Made by a program: the position numbers and the translations under genes. Positions 40,305-52,029 of a stretch of DNA of 57,360 bases are shown here, one piece after another. Under the pieces are notes generated by a model. The model made no database searches and had not been told where the DNA came from. It was given only the letters and a program-made list of their open reading frames with translations. The DNA is taken from positions 1 to 57,360 of the forward strand of contig MU619403.1 in assembly GCA_025201805.1 (NCBI GenBank), read 5' to 3'. This DNA is from Parasitella parasitica NRRL 2501. Its lineage: Eukaryota; Fungi; Mucoromycota. Numbering within the stretch: the first letter of the stretch is position 1; each line of letters starts with the position of its first letter.

Positions 40305-41647
40305 TATTATTAGTGTTTGGTGTAAAGATGAAAAAGAAAGAAGTAAAGATATAAGAAAAAAAGAGAAGAACGGATTTTTATAGAATTTTTTTTTTTCAGT
40401 TGCAAGTTAGGTTTGCAACGAGAGGAAAAAAAATTTTTACAAGATGAAAAAGGGGAGAGAATTTGAAATTCAAAATTTGTATATTTTATATCAAATGAGT
40501 AGAGGAGGAGGGGGATGGGGATGGGGGAGGGAGGTGGGCTGATTTCCGTGTATGAGTGTATGTATGTGTGGTGCAAGTGATTTCAGCAAGTGAGCGAGAG
40601 CAAATTATATATTTAGTTTGTGTAAAATCAAGGGGCAGAAGAGCGATTTTGAAGGATGGTATATCAAACAAGTACAACAACACACGCCAAAAAAAAAACA
40701 AGGGGGAGGAGAAAGAAATAGTCGAGGAGATGGTACAAGAAAAGAAGAAAGAAAGAAGAGGAGACAAGAGGGAGAAAGCAGCAAAGCAAGAGAGCGAGCA
40801 AGCGATGGCAACATCTACTGATTGCACTCTGCTGTGAACAATAAAAAGCCAAATGCTCTCGCCCGTTTTTTTTACCATATTCAAAAATTATCCCTAAATG
40901 GAAGCCGTTATTGTAGTTACTCCTTAATTTTGGCTTACTATTATATTCTTTATCTTTCCTTCTCCAGCCTATACTGCTGAAACCATGACAGCATTCGTTA
41001 CCGGACACGTACATGTGCTTGTCTATATATACATTCTGCTTCGTAATCATATATACCAATGTGATTCTCTCTGCTTGTGTTCATTTTTACCTCAATTCTT
41101 TCGGTTATCTCGTGGTTACCGTGCGAAGTGTGTGGCAAACAGGATGAATGCCAAAAATAGAAACCATTCATCATATTATCATATCTGCGGACAAAATTAG
41201 GTACTACATTGAGTTTGACCGTTCAAGTGATGGCACCTTAATTTGGTCATCAAGTCCTTTATATTACACTGTTAACATTTGGCATTTTGCTGCTTGACAA
41301 ACCAACTGCACTCTTTACCTGATATCCTGTGCATACAGGTTGTATACACGTACATTTGATGCATTATGTAGAGCTTGAAATTGAATCAAACCAGAATCGA
41401 ATGTAAAACGAGATCGACCTACATTATCGCACAAGATATCCATTGCCGTGAGATGGTAAACATATCAAGTATAATTTCTTAATTTACACGAGATGAGGGT
41501 ACTTTAATTGCAGATGCCACATCACACTATAGTAATAAATTACCACCTTTGCAATTATTGCGAAATACATGTGTATCCAGTACATTGGTGTATCAGAGCA
41601 AACTACCACTGTCAGGTTTTAAATACACTGTATATCTTGAAATTGTT

Positions 41648-41651
<4 letters not shown>

Positions 41652-41729
<78 letters not shown>
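41652..41729 (+). repeat. poly(T) homopolymer of ~78 nt
   Basis: Seen directly. Confidence 0.9.
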
Positions 41730-41733
<4 letters not shown>

Positions 41734-42341
41734 ATAAAAACACAGATCGAATGCTGCTTGCCTTGTGCTCAATACCATACTGCACTATTGTACAGTCGTC
41801 ATATGTATTAATGTATTCACATATGGCATCTATTGCCTCGAATAGGGTCCTACTAGGGACAAGGGAGGGTATAGAGCCATGACCACATTTTCATCACAGG
41901 AGACTTTACCACAAGTCTGTTTATTGCTATTCATAGCAACTCTCAATGTCAACGGACCGGTTAAAAACTGTCATTCTTGTATCGAGTGTAAAGTAGACGC
42001 ATTGCACAGGTCGCTGCTAAAGTTACAGAAAGAGCAATGTATTAATTACTGAAAGTAACAGAATACCTTTGGTGTACATGGCAAAAGGACTGATGTGATC
42101 CTAACCCACCACATGACGCAGAACAACAGATCAAATATGTTGGCTTGATCTATTGAAACAAGAGACTTCTTTTTAACCTTACAAAAGGATAATGCCAACT
42201 TTGGTTATATTGTACTTTCGAATGCTTAATAGTGTCATTGTTTGTGTTTATTGAATATTGAATATTGAATATATACTATATATATAAAGAGCGTCTGAAA
42301 TAGTGCATCGTTGTATTGCCATTGCGATGATCGCGGACGGT

Positions 42342-43664
42342 TTAATAAGGGCGATCACGTCTTTCATTTCTGCCATCTTTACGGTAATCATCACGGCTAC
42401 CTCTTCCACTGTTGTAATCACGTCTACCATCTGAACGGTCATCATGACGATCTCTTCTACTGTCAGAACGATCGTTGCCGCCACGACTGCTGCTACCTCT
42501 GTCCCCTCTGCTGCTACCACCCCTGCTGCTGCCACCAGGTCTCGATGCATGGCATTTGAAGCATTCATCTCTTCTAGAGAAATTGTTGGCACCGCAACTT
42601 GAAGCAACGTTTGAGTGATCTGCAATGCCATCCAAATTCATTAAAACTTACTCATCACAGGTCCAGTCGCCTTCTCGTGGTTCTCTGTTACCCATGCTTC
42701 CACCTCTTCCACCTCCACCACCTCCACCATGTTGATCACGGAATCCACCTCTACCTCCACCTCCACCTCCACCGCGACGCTCGTAGCCTCCTCCGCCAGA
42801 GCCTCTTTCAGCTATTCTTGAAATTAGTACGGACAATAATGCAGTTCTGCAATTCGACTTACGTGGAATGACCATCTTTCTTTCAGCCTTGGTAACTTGA
42901 ATAATATTGCCCATGAATTCTTTTCCGCCAAACCATTCAATAGCAGCATCAGCAGAAGGGGGATCGTCATAAGTTAATGTAGCTACGTAATAATTGTATG
43001 CATTAGTTTTAATATACTTGCATTTATACATGTTACTTATTTGTTTCGTACCATCACCCTTGGGAAGATTAGTAGCCTTATCAACATAAATCCATACTAA
43101 TAAACAATGTACATTTAGACTCGACAAAACACTGCAATAATTGCATTTGGTCTCTTACTCTTAGGCTTTCTCAATTTCTTGTCGGTTTTGATGATACCAA
43201 TAGAGCCAAAATGTTCAGCGAGCTTCTCTTCAGTTACTTCTTGGGGCAAATTGCTGATATAAACAGTATCTTCAATTCGATGAATACCTTGAAAAAGAAA
43301 GATCCTGTTAGATCAAACAAAANNNNNNNNNNNNNNNNNNNNNNNNNNNNNNNNNNNNNNNNNNNNNNNNNNNNNNNNNNNNNNNNNNNNNNNNNNNNNN
43401 NNNNNNNNNNNNNNNNNNNNNNNNNNNNNNNNNNNNNNNNNNNNNNNNNNNNNNNNNNNNNNNNNNNNNNNNNNNNNNNNNNNNNNNNNNNNNNNNNNNN
43501 NNNNNNNNNNNNNNNNNNNNNNNNNNNNNNNNNNNNNNNNNNNNNNNNNNNNNNNNNNNNNNNNNNNNNNNNNNNNNNNNNNNNNNNNNNNNACAAGTAG
43601 CATATATTTAAATCGTAAATTTACACTGCTGATGTCCTTGTCCTTCTTCTCTTGATCCTGGCAT
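42342..43664 (-). CDS. FET-family (FUS/EWS/TAF15) RNA-binding protein: RRM, RGG, RanBP2 zinc finger and PY-NLS; 5' part spans a gap
   Basis: DTVYISNLP...[10 protein letters not shown]...IWIYVDK...[20 protein letters not shown] (FET-type RRM), [22 protein letters not shown], and C-terminal RNERRDRPY. Putative first exon [13 protein letters not shown] at 43625-43664. Confidence 0.9.
43323..43592. other. Assembly gap (N run)
   Basis: Seen directly. Confidence 1.
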
Positions 43665-43840
43665 TATATTTCTGTATTATATATGTCTTTATACAAAGAG
43701 GTATTTAGGAAGAAAAAGAGTGCAGAAACAAAAAAAAAAAAAAGTTTTCAAGGCATTTGCCCAATGAACATGGCGTGTCAAGCATTAAATCAGTTACAGT
43801 TCTGGGGTGACGCGCTTCCCTTCTCTTCCATCGTTCCATC

Positions 43841-46800
43841 ATGTTGCAATTATGCTCGGATACAGAGCTCGAGAGCCTAGCAAAAGCTGCTATATCATGC
43901 AAACCTTCAAAGATCCTCAACAATGATCAGAAATCACTCGTTTTAACTGTTCGAAAGCTCAAACGATACATGACAAACGACAGCGATAGAATAACTACTG
44001 TAAGATTTCCTTTTTTTGATAGCATTCATCATTCTCATGCATCCTACTTCCGCCTTTAGTGGATTTACAATACCTTAAAGTCGAGGAAGCTAGCAACGCC
44101 TACAGGTACACATATATTCATTGTGCAGCGAGAGAAGGACCCCAGTCATAATTGCTATAATTAGACATGTCAGATCCAGTGAATCAAGCACTAGTCGGTT
44201 TGATGACAAACTGTATATCGTTTCAAGAAGCCACAAAAAACACAAGGTAAAACCGGTTGTTGGAAAATTAAGAACCAGTTAACAGATTTGTATTCATTAA
44301 AACGACAATGCATGTCCCAGTTCTCTTGACACTTTGTTCAATGTAAGTTGGAAAGGAGATTTCAGGATCAAATCAGATATTGATGATATTTTGAGCACTA
44401 GCTAGTGAAGAAGGAGACTTTAGAAATGGGCTGGTTGTTATGTATAATTGGTGAGAAGCTACCTCAATTAGTAACTCGTCGTATTCATGATTATCTGATT
44501 CTTGGATTTGCCTCGTATGGGAATCCTTACTTGGGTACTAGTAGTAACAGGTAAAATTTTAATATGTTTAAATATGTCAATACCCCACGTCTCCCTAAAT
44601 TTACATTCATTATGGTATACCTAGTGATAATGACATTGTGCAAATCAGCAATCATTTATTTGAGCATCTTCTTCAGGGACAACAACAGCAGCAGCAGCAG
44701 CAGCAGCAGCAGAGGCAACTTGTAGTGCAATCTGTTCTAGATCTGCTTGAGCAATATACCATTTGGACCAAAGATAATGCAGCTTTATCTACTGGCAAGT
44801 TCAATTGAGAAACAATTGACAAAATAGATCTCTCCCTAACCTATTTTCTCTCCTATTGTTCTCCTTGATTTCTTAGATTTACAACGATATACATTGAGTT
44901 ATCTGTTATCATTACCTAAAGCATCACCCGCCCTATTTGAACGTAAGCTTCTCCCTTTTGCGTAAATAGAACCGCATGGACTTGCTCATCATCTCGTTTT
45001 AGAATCTTGGTCAATTTTGTTTACGCGTCTGCTACAACACGATACAGCTGGTACTATATTTCTGTATGAAAAAACAACTAAACAATCGCTCGTAAAAACA
45101 TCCAATGTTGTGGGCGATATTCAGGATTTAGCCAGTGTATTTCCACGATGGCTGACAACAATCGCATTTGATTCAAAAGGGCTAATTATGAAACATGCAA
45201 TGGATGTTGCAATCATGTTGGACACACTAGCACATGATACTCGACTAAATTTAACCTACCTCATACCAGCAAGTAGCTCACCACTCTCCCCTGATGACAA
45301 TGAATATTAACCCTATCCATTGTAGACTGGCGACAAATCAATTATTGATACCCTGAAGCCCTCGTTTGAACAGTTGGACTTGAAGCCTACATCGATTGAC
45401 CTGGTGCAGTGGACAATATCGATTCTGTCCTCCTCTTCATCCACACAGCAACGAGGAGTGGATGATCTCAAAATCCCACTGTTTTTATTGCAATTAGTGA
45501 TTCTGAAAGACGACGATTCAAAGGAAATGGCAGTGGACATGTTTGTGCAGCTAATCACTCGATTGGATAGACCTTCAGATTTGAACTCAACGTTAGGAGC
45601 TCGCTATTTAGCATTGAACTTGGTATCCTCTGCTGAATCAAAGTGGCCTGGCATCTTCCAGTAAGTTACTATTAAGCGCCCAACCTAGCAAGTATTGTGT
45701 CTAAATTCAGGAGTAGACTTGTGCTTGAAAGGATTTTCTCCAAAGCAATTGCAATGCACATAGCTGATAGTGAGGGCTCTGTTAATATCGAAAAAATACT
45801 GTCCAATTTGGCCATGCTGTTTGAGCCATCTGATAACTCAACACCACAGCAGCAGCCAGGCTTCCATGCATTCCAATCGTATCTAACTGCCCACTGGCGT
45901 CAAGTGTTACTGTTGTTTTTAAATCATCCATCTATGGAATGCCGAGCCATGGGCTACCGAGTCTTGGCAAACTCTCATTTCTGGGAAAATAGCTCCCATA
46001 TCGATGGTTGCGATCCTCAGACTATTTCTCGATTGCTAATAGATGCATGGTTTCGACATGTTAAAGATCGTTACCTTCTATTTGGTGAGGAGAAAGAGAT
46101 TTCAGTTGTAGACGAGCAACAGCGACTTATTGCTCACTGTTGCCAGCATCCTGATATAGCAAAAACTATGCTGTCATTTGCTGTTGATTGCATTTTAGGA
46201 GGTGCACTTGAAATATTCCCCTCAGTGGATGTCAATGTGTTACAGCAAGAAAAACTGAGCCTGCTTGATAAAGTGTGCCAGCATAAGAGCGAAAAGTTTA
46301 CTCCTCAGCAATCATATTCAATGCGAAAACCCCCTCAATTTGTTACAGCAATCGAGTTCTTGACAGAAGAAGAGTTTGACATACGGGACAAGATCTACGC
46401 AGACAACATCTTGCGAACAGCTGCTCTATTTTTCCAGTTTAGTACACTACCTATCGTGTCTCCAGGTAATAGATATACTCGTAAATTTTACTTGTGTTCT
46501 CACAACCATTCTATCTGATGTACACCACAGAGCAATACCAGGATGTCAGCTTTCATATCCTCTCCCGATTGACATCTATTTGGGCGCCCAATACAGTCTC
46601 ATTAGACTCTTACGACGATGTATTACCCAAAAACATTCCTTATCAATGCGATATTGACATTGGAAATGCTTTCAAGGATCATCCTGTATTGTTTCTCATT
46701 TTTGAAAAATACACATCTTCTGCCAAGAGTCAACATGTATCGGCGTCATCAGCAAACGAAATAGTGCGAAGCATACTTGTGTATTTCATCGTATTCTGGC

Positions 46801-46892
46801 ACATGAAGGAAGTTGTCAATGTTCCAACTACTCTGCGATTTGCCACGCAACTTGAAGAAACTACAAGGCTGATTTTACTGCTACAACCCGTA

Positions 46893-46929
<37 letters not shown>

Positions 46930-47377
46930 CGATTCAGGTGCCAAAACAGGTACCATTGTTGGTGCAGTTGTTGGCAGTATTTGTAAGTATTTATACTCAA
47001 GTTTTTTTTTTTTTTTTTTTTCTTTTTATACCAGAGAGCTTATGTCTGTACATCGGCTCATTTCATTTTTGTAGGTGTTGCCTATTTTCCTTGTGAATTC
47101 GTATCACGTACTCCCCTTCATGTCAGCCAAAGACTTGGGTGATATACTGTTTCAAGTGATATGGTATTATCTTCGACACCATCCGTCTACAACTAGTAGA
47201 ACACATATTCCTGGCATTAGACCAAAAACAGCAGCAGTTGCAATCAATGACGAAGAATTAAATGACAAGTGCTTCAGGCGATTTATGGTCATTTGCGAAA
47301 ATCGGTTAAAAGTGCTGGAGAGCATTCCCTCTTGGCATCAAGCCCTTCAAGATGTTGTATCCACATTCAAACAATAA
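43841..47377 (+). CDS. INTS5: Integrator complex subunit 5-like, about 11 exons
   Basis: Spliced segments MGWLLCIIGEKLPQLVTRRI, YLLSLPKASPALF and EIVRSILVYFIVFWH...QLEETTRLILLLQPVLPIFLVNSYHVLPFMSAKDLGDILFQVIWYYLRHHP. They parallel recalled animal INTS5 segments (DWVVAHIGSSFPGTIISRV; FLLQLAVMSPAL; LPPALGNMHEVF...VWGFLREH) in the same order. The start codon is uncertain. Confidence 0.75.
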
Positions 47378-48028
47378 TCGCCTCCAGTGATAGTTCAAGC
47401 TGTCCAGCATTGATATCTACCACAGTTTTTCCATGCAATTGACATACCCATTAATTCTCAAGGTTTCAAATGCTGAAAAAAATGTATAGTATAATGTTAA
47501 ATATTCATGCAGTTACAGAATTATTTTTGAATGCCTAAAGTTTTGCAAGCGTTGTAATATTTATTGGATTGAAAATTAAGCTCTTACGCGTGGAAAAAGC
47601 AATGATGATTGGGTTTATTCAAACCAAAAAAAAATAAGATAAAAGCTATATGAAGGAAGGCATAGAAATGTTCTTTCAAATTGATACTGCAGAATTAGGG
47701 TGTAAGTTTGCCTTGAACCTCGATTCTGCATCTCAGCGGAAAACTGAAAATCGAGTATGAGGTAAAGTGTTCGGACAGGGCGAGATTTGAAAAATGGTCA
47801 GAGGGAGGTATGGAACTTGAATATGTTGTAGAAGGGTGAAACAGAGGTTGGGTTAGTAGAAGGTTGTGTCTTTGTCGCTTAACAGCATTCGACATATTAT
47901 GCTATAAGCAAACATTTTGAATTTGGTATATGTATGTTTTAATGTTAAGAACCAACAAATATAACATGAATGAATAATTATTGTCTACTATGGTGGTTGG
48001 TGTTTCAATAATAATAAAATGCTGTCTT

Positions 48029-51000
48029 TTAATAGAAAGGAGGAGGTGTGGCCAAAGGAACAAGCGTAACACTATTCAAATTCAACAACCTTTTGAAAGA
48101 AGAGACATTTTGAGTGAACCTCTCGCGATCTTTAGGAGATAATGACCAGTTAAGACCATCAAGCAAATTATGCAATGACTATTATTAAGCAATGTTAGGA
48201 ATAGCGGATCAAATCAAATATATTGACTTACGGTTGTAATAAACGACCTGCGCTCTGGCAATTGCTGTTTAATGACTGCATCCATGTATTTAGCCATATA
48301 ATCACGTTGCAGTAACATTAAGCCGTATAAAGGCCTTGATAGGGACCACTGATCACTATTGTCATCAAATAAAACCAGATTGAACACTGTAGCCATCAAG
48401 GAAGGCAATGTTTGAGTGAATTGCTGCAGGTAAGACAGGAGCCAATGGTTTCCTGTAATTTGGTTAAGGTTGCCAGAAGCGACCGAGGATCTTCTTCTTG
48501 TCGACAATGAGGGGTTGGATATTGATGAATTTTGTGCTTCTCTTTCAGCTTTTTCGGTTTCCTTGACAACATAACTACAAATGTTGAATATAGACGAGCA
48601 TGTGTGTGCACGAACTAGACTATCGCTGGATTCCACACCCTGCTCACAAGCCTCCATCAAATACAGAAAGGCGTCGGCCGAGATATTGGGTATTGCCATT
48701 AACTGTTCTCTAGACAATTCGTCCAATAGATGAAAGAATGACAGCGAAAGTTTAGGGAAGCTCATCAAGTCATTGATAGGAATATTCATCATTAGTTGAA
48801 TAATCATATCTAGAGCTTCGTTAATTGCTTTATCTTGATAGAGCCACAGAACACCAAAATTAATATAGCGGCCACCTAAACATTTGGATAGGATACTGAA
48901 ACAGGTTGCAATGTTTTTGTACTTGAGTTCGTATTTCTGATTTTCGTCCGTGATAGTTTGCTTGATGATTTGAGATCCAAAAGAGCATACAATTTGGCTT
49001 GCATCACGGAACATCAGAATGCCGTTAGGAGATGATACTTCAAATCCCAAACGTTGGCTTTTGTTGTGCACAAATTCAGAGTAAAATTTCAATAATGAAC
49101 TGACAATGGGATCCGGAGACCAGGCTTCAACAGCACGTAAAAGTACAGACGAGTATTCAGTGTAGAACCACTCAAAGAATAAAACAAAGTGTCTTCTGGT
49201 TTGCATTGGCGAGATAAACCCACACAAGTCTACAAAGATATCACGCAAAGCACGGCGAGTAGTTTCTTGCCTGAAGGCTTCCACACTATTTAAAGGACCG
49301 AGGTTGTTGAAACGAAGATCAAACGGCTTTATGAATTCGTAAAATGTGCGCTCGTCCACATTATCATCCGCAAACAATAACTTGCATAGTACTTGAAAGT
49401 ATAAGATTCTGTTTTCGCTTTGCTTTTCGTTCTGACAGAAGGCGAACTGACTAGCCATGTGATTTTGAAGAATTAAGCGAGTTGTTTCAATTTTGCGAAG
49501 GTTTTTGGAGGCCCCATATCCAGTGGCGAGTTCATTAAACAGTTCTAAAGTACGTCTGATGAGTTGTTCATTGTCAGCCCAATACTGCAAATTGGATACA
49601 CTATAAAAAAAAAGTAAAATGAATATACAGACACATTTGGAATTTAGGCTTAAACTTGTTACATTTTTCGCATGATAACATCCAGCATACGAATTTGATC
49701 GCTGATACCAAACGCTTCGGATAACCTGGAATAAATATCACGACCATTCGATTCGCTCATGTAAGATTTCTTGAATTGTTGAAAAAAGTAAATGAAAGCC
49801 AAATCCAACTTGTCGTTCATAAAGGTGTTTCCATGCTGACTCTGCAATGATTGTTGAACATCCATCAGTTGCAATACTTTTGTGGTTATTTCACTGTCAA
49901 TCTTATCCAAGTCTTCTGAATTGAGGAAAGCCGATCGATTACCAACAAAGGAAGCCATCACATAAACCAGCCAAGCAAACTTTGTCTCAATCACCTCTAA
50001 GCTTTCTCTAAATGCTTCAGTATTGGTCATATTGTTGTTGGTAGCTTGGTTTATCAAAGCTTGGTATTGCACAGTTACAGGATCAAACAAATTGATAATT
50101 GCACTACTCGAAGCTTCGTATTTACAGTGGCCAATTTGGCCGAGCATGTTTAGAGTTTCAATTATTGACTCCTCATTCTCCAGAGGATCGTCCAAACCTT
50201 CTTCAATACGAGTAGGCACAGCTTCAATAGAAGTTAAAATGTAACAGCGAGCTAGCTCTACTGTGATGTTTCCTAATTTCTCAACAGCCGTGTCTCCCAA
50301 TTGCTGGTAATAAGTCATGCTTTGAACGATTCGAGCCCAAAACCCAAGCACATACATAGACGTATTGGGAGCAAATTTCCACGATTGAAAGGCTTTCAAC
50401 GAGAATTCAGCAATCAACTCGATCCAGTCTAGATATCCAGGCTTTTCGACCATTTCATTTAGTGGTACGGTGGCACGGAAACGGAACAAAAGCCTACAGA
50501 ATTCGTTGTAATTGTCTGCGTCATTCAGGCCCTGCGAAGCTACGATAATATCACGAATACCGTGCATGACTTTAACGACGAATTTGGATCTCTCTTCTTG
50601 GTCGTTGAAGAGTGTTTTTCTAACCGAGGCAATTTGCACCATGCATTCCATGACTTTGGAGGATGTTGGAGGTGAGAATTCCTTGTAAGCTCTAAATATG
50701 GTGTCCAAAAATTCCGGATTTTCAAAGAAGGGTCTCCAAGACGCAGGGATTTGAATGATACCAATATCCTCTCCAGATTCATCTACGCTGGTTCCATTAA
50801 AGTCATAAGAGAGACATTTCGTCATCAAGTTAAGGGTTGCCTCTTGTAAACGCTGTTCTTGATCACTGGAGGAGAACCCAATAGAATGCTGCACTAATTC
50901 TTCCAGTGTCTTGAAAGCAGTTTCACAAATGTTTAACAGTTGTGTATCACGAAATTCGCCCGCTAGCACAAGCATTGTGGTTAATCGATTGTGACATTTT

Positions 51001-51776
51001 TGCATACAGGTGGGCACTAACCTGCTTTTCTAAACTTGGATGCGCTTCTAGCAAAACTAGGAGGGTTGATATCTTGAACCATTACTGTTAGAATTTGCAT
51101 ACCCATAATGCGATGATCAATAGAAGCCTAAGTCGTTTTTTTTTTTTTTTTTTTTAATTAGAAAACTCTTTTTTCTTTGAAGCAACCGTAGCAGCTGCAG
51201 CATTGAAACTATGATTAGAGAAAACAGAATGGTTTTTTAATTTTTTAAAAAAACAATCATTATGAAGTATACGGAATTATTCAACCCTTGAATGGTTGTT
51301 ACCTGAATAAACTCAAGTGTATCTTTATGGACATTCTTGTATTGCTCCACGTCAGCCCATCCTAGCAATGTGATTGAAGCCAACACGCCTGCCAGTTGAG
51401 CGACAATGAAGGGTAATAGATTAGGGTGCATGAACGCGTACTGCAATAAAAAAGAACGTAGCTGGATCTTTGCATCTTGGCTGAATAGAGCAAATTGAGC
51501 TTGTACTAATTGCTTTAAACGAGATAATGCAAAGGTTAGGACATAGGGATCGGGTGAGCTTTCTAATAATATACGAAGAGCGTTTGCTGTATCAGTTGGA
51601 GAGTTAATTTCTTGGTTATCCACACCAGCAGGAGGTAATCCATTTGTATCAGTGAAGGTAGGAAATGAATGTTCTAGTATCTTTTGTACTTGGTTTCGTT
51701 CTTCTGGAGATTTTGGATTGTACAGTTGTTGGCATAAATTTGCAAAGTAGAGGGTTCTGTCATTTTGCTGTGACAT
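48029..51776 (-). CDS. XPO7: Exportin-7 / RanBP16-17-like karyopherin
   Basis: CLSYDFNGTSVDESGED...QIPASWR, NYNEFCRLL.R, NKSQRLGFEVSSPNGILMFR, GRYINFGV, QWSLSRPL and KDRERFTQN. Four introns; last exon ends ...PPPFY* at 48029. Confidence 0.93.
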
Positions 51777-52029
51777 TTTGACAAATCTGAAAAGAGAGCA
51801 GATAAATCAAACGCGCGCGAGGCACTGCTATTTAAATACATGCAGTGGGCCATGTTCCCGAAGTGAATATAAGCCTTATTGGTCTACAATACTTACCTCC
51901 TATTTCTCAGCATTTTACTCATTTCTTTTTTTTTTTTTAACCCTCTAAAATCATTCTTTTCTTTCTCTCGAGCGTATAAAACAGCGTCCAGGGCATGCCA
52001 CATACGTATCAATAATAACAGAGAGTTCA

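Noticed and set aside
40310-41200. Several overlapping ORFs upstream of the cyclin
   Set aside because: They arise from CT-rich low-complexity leader/promoter sequence; uORF regulation cannot be shown without a TSS.
43683-43880. ORF MSLYKEVF... as the INTS5 start
   Set aside because: It would lie 18 bp from the divergent FET ATG and hits a stop; the sequence looks like the pyrimidine-rich 5' UTR of the minus-strand gene.
47844-47858. Minus-strand CTACTAACCCAACC as a telomerase template, or the surrounding region as RNase P/MRP
   Set aside because: Not a 1.5x repeat of TTAGGG, no clear template-adjacent pseudoknot, and the GAAAGUCCCC/GGGGCU or CR-II/CR-IV consensus is missing.
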